Shown piece by piece: positions 46,665 to 48,562 of a DNA stretch of 48,562 nucleotides (its first letter is position 1; each line of letters starts with the position of its first letter). The notes under the pieces are model-generated. The model saw nothing but the letters and a program-made list of their open reading frames with translations, searched no databases and was not told where the DNA came from. Both the position numbers and the translations under genes were made by a program. The DNA lies in NCBI GenBank assembly GCA_018221205.1, contig JAAOYF010000016.1:1-48562 (forward strand), read 5' to 3'. Source of the stretch: Candidatus Woesearchaeota archaeon. GTDB taxonomy: Archaea > Nanobdellota > Nanobdellia > Woesearchaeales > WJIZ01.

Positions 46665-47060
46665 ATGGGATTCCTGAAACCCAATAAGTTCAAAGTTATT
46701 TTGACTATAATACTTTTCATTCTTCTATTAATTACTGTTCAAAGCATTAAATCCAGGCAGGATAGTCTTTTCGGGATATCTTATCAAGAATATATGGAAC
46801 CACAATATTATACTTGTTGTGAGCGAGGGAATGTCACGGGTTTCCAGGCGGAAAGTTGTACACGGGATTCATTAGATACTCAAGAGGGCTGTACTTATGT
46901 TAAAGAGAAACTTGCTGAGTATGATGAATTGGCAAGAGAAAGCCGCATAGTTGAGATGATTCAATTTAGTATCTTTTATCTTGTTTCGCTCATCATTTTT
47001 TATCTCTTTTCTTGTGTAGTGCATATGATTTATTCTAAAATCAAGAAACGCAAACAGTAG
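46665..47060 (+). CDS. Hypothetical membrane protein (two TM segments, Cys-containing loop)
   Basis: FLKP...K.IL N-terminus, two hydrophobic segments, four loop Cys; TTTTTAAAG box upstream. Confidence 0.65.
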   Translation: MGFLKPNKFKVILTIILFILLLITVQSIKSRQDSLFGISYQEYMEPQYYTCCERGNVTGFQAESCTRDSLDTQEGCTYVKEKLAEYDELARESRIVEMIQFSIFYLVSLIIFYLFSCVVHMIYSKIKKRKQ

Positions 47061-47091
47061 ATTTTTATATTCTCGCTTATTTGCACAGCAG

Positions 47092-47592
47092 ATGGTCAAG
47101 CTCAATCTTCCTAAGGAAGCGATGTTCAAGGGAGCCGCTCCGGTATGGAAAAGAGCACTTGCTTTCGCTATCGATCTTCTGATCCTCGATTTTGTTGTGG
47201 GTTTTCCTTTACGAAGAGTATTGGCAGATGCCATGCCTCAGGGCGGCTTTACAGACAGCTATGCTTATCTGCAGGCACATCCTGGGTCGGTCTCAATCTT
47301 GACAACGATCATGATCTTTTTCGGCATATTGGCTTTATTGTATTTTGCGCTTCTGGAGTACAAATTAGGACAGACCATCGGAAAAATATTCATGCAGATC
47401 AAAGTAGAGTCTTTGATTAAGCGTATGTCTTTCTTTTCGTGCCTTATACGAAGCCTGTATTTTCTTTTCGTCTTTCCTTTCATGTTACTTTGGGTCATTG
47501 ATCCGTTATTTATCCTGCTCAATAAAGAAGGGAGACGGTTAAGTGAACTGCTTTCCCGTACCCGGACCATAGCTGTCTATCAATTAAGGTGA
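47092..47592 (+). CDS. RDD family membrane protein
   Basis: A..WKR.LAF.ID, YF...E...GQTIGK, IR, R.L.E....T.V. Confidence 0.88.
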   Translation: MVKLNLPKEAMFKGAAPVWKRALAFAIDLLILDFVVGFPLRRVLADAMPQGGFTDSYAYLQAHPGSVSILTTIMIFFGILALLYFALLEYKLGQTIGKIFMQIKVESLIKRMSFFSCLIRSLYFLFVFPFMLLWVIDPLFILLNKEGRRLSELLSRTRTIAVYQLR

Positions 47593-47596
47593 TCAT

Positions 47597-48478
47597 ATGG
47601 CAAAAAAACAGAAAAATCCCTGGAAATTCATTATCGGTGTACTGATAGTATTATTTTTGGCCAGTTTTATCCTATCTGGATTTGTCTCTCTTTTTGTTGA
47701 TGTGGACATGGGGGGGAACGTTGCACAGATCCCTATCAAAGGAGTCATCCTGACTGGAGATTCCCGAGCATTTCTTGGCAGCGGAGTCGCGGAATCCGGC
47801 GCGATTGTTGAATTGATAGAGAAAGCTGCTGATAATCCTTCTATACAGGCAATTATCCTGGAGATCGATAGTCCTGGAGGAGCACCCGTTGCCACGGATG
47901 AGATTTCAGTTGCCCTTGAGAAGGCGAATAAAACAACTGTTGCCTGGATACGGGAAGTGGGTGCATCTGGCGGCTATTGGATTGCCAGTGCAACTGATCA
48001 TGTCATTGCCAATAGGATGAGCATCACCGGTTCTATAGGAGTGATGGGCAGCTATCTTGACTTCTCTGGACTGCTGCATGATTATAATATCACGTATGAA
48101 CGGCTGAATGCTGGCAAATATAAGGACCTAGGGGTGCCGTTCAGGCAGCTTGAGCCTCAGGAACGAGTTTTACTACAGAAGAAGATCAATCTAATCCATC
48201 AGGAGTTCAAGGATGTTGTCCAGGCTAACAGGAAACTGACCAATGCAGAGATCACGGTAGTGAGCACAGGAGAATTCTATCTCGGCAGAGAAGCTTTTGA
48301 TCTTGGATTGGTGGATGAACTTGGCGGCAAGGGCGAGGCTGTTGATTATATCGAGAAGAAGCTGAATATCACTGTTGACATTGCTGTCTATGAGCAGAAA
48401 GAAAGCTTTTTCGATAAATTGGCAGGCGTGTTCAACAGACAGAGTTTTGGCCTGAACCAAAATGTGCTCTTAAGATAA
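47597..48478 (+). CDS. sppA: Signal peptide peptidase SppA (S49)
   Basis: IDSPGG, GASGGYWIA, TGSIGV, GKYKD, G..A..LGLVDELG. Confidence 0.93.
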   Translation: MAKKQKNPWKFIIGVLIVLFLASFILSGFVSLFVDVDMGGNVAQIPIKGVILTGDSRAFLGSGVAESGAIVELIEKAADNPSIQAIILEIDSPGGAPVATDEISVALEKANKTTVAWIREVGASGGYWIASATDHVIANRMSITGSIGVMGSYLDFSGLLHDYNITYERLNAGKYKDLGVPFRQLEPQERVLLQKKINLIHQEFKDVVQANRKLTNAEITVVSTGEFYLGREAFDLGLVDELGGKGEAVDYIEKKLNITVDIAVYEQKESFFDKLAGVFNRQSFGLNQNVLLR

Positions 48479-48487
48479 ATTTTTAAT

Positions 48488-48533
48488 GCGAGCGTAGCGA
48501 GCACAGGGGTTTAATTCCCCGACCTTTAGGTCG
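48488..48533. repeat. Palindromic element, possibly a REP- or IS200/IS605-end-like remnant
   Basis: GCGAGCGTAGCGAGC, GGGG-TTTAATT-CCCC and CGACC-TTTA-GGTCG clustered in an AT-rich intergenic context. Confidence 0.4.
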
Positions 48534-48562
48534 ACTTCTTAGAAATATTTTTACGCGGCTAC

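Overview
Gene-dense archaeal chromosome segment, most likely a DPANN/Woesearchaeota-like organism (inferred from split Rpo2N/Rpo2C and Rpo1N/Rpo1C, Alba, S17e, L30e, aIF-1A, Bud32, C1-G72 tRNA-Tyr and intron-rich tRNAs). The stand-out feature is a ~17 kb locus (3417-20763). It encodes nine diverged paralogs, each with a ~370-aa helical domain plus a C-terminal phospho-His swivel domain, and only one stand-alone ATP-grasp (PEP synthase N-terminal) domain. It also carries a tandem YvoF-like acyltransferase, a metallo-beta-lactamase-fold hydrolase and a Pta homolog with altered catalytic residues. This looks like a split, modular rifampin-phosphotransferase/phenylphosphate-synthase-type dikinase system in which one ATP module could serve many substrate modules; substrates are unknown. 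All five tRNA genes carry introns, and three carry two (extra D-loop or T-loop introns). A family of short triloop hairpins occurs both between genes and inside tRNA introns. The rest is a nitroreductase-ribA-(reductase/deaminase) operon, housekeeping metabolism (GDH, PGI/PMI, fumarase family), a Rad50-like ATPase and the RNA polymerase/S12/S7 cluster. All calls come from motif recognition by eye; no database searches were run.
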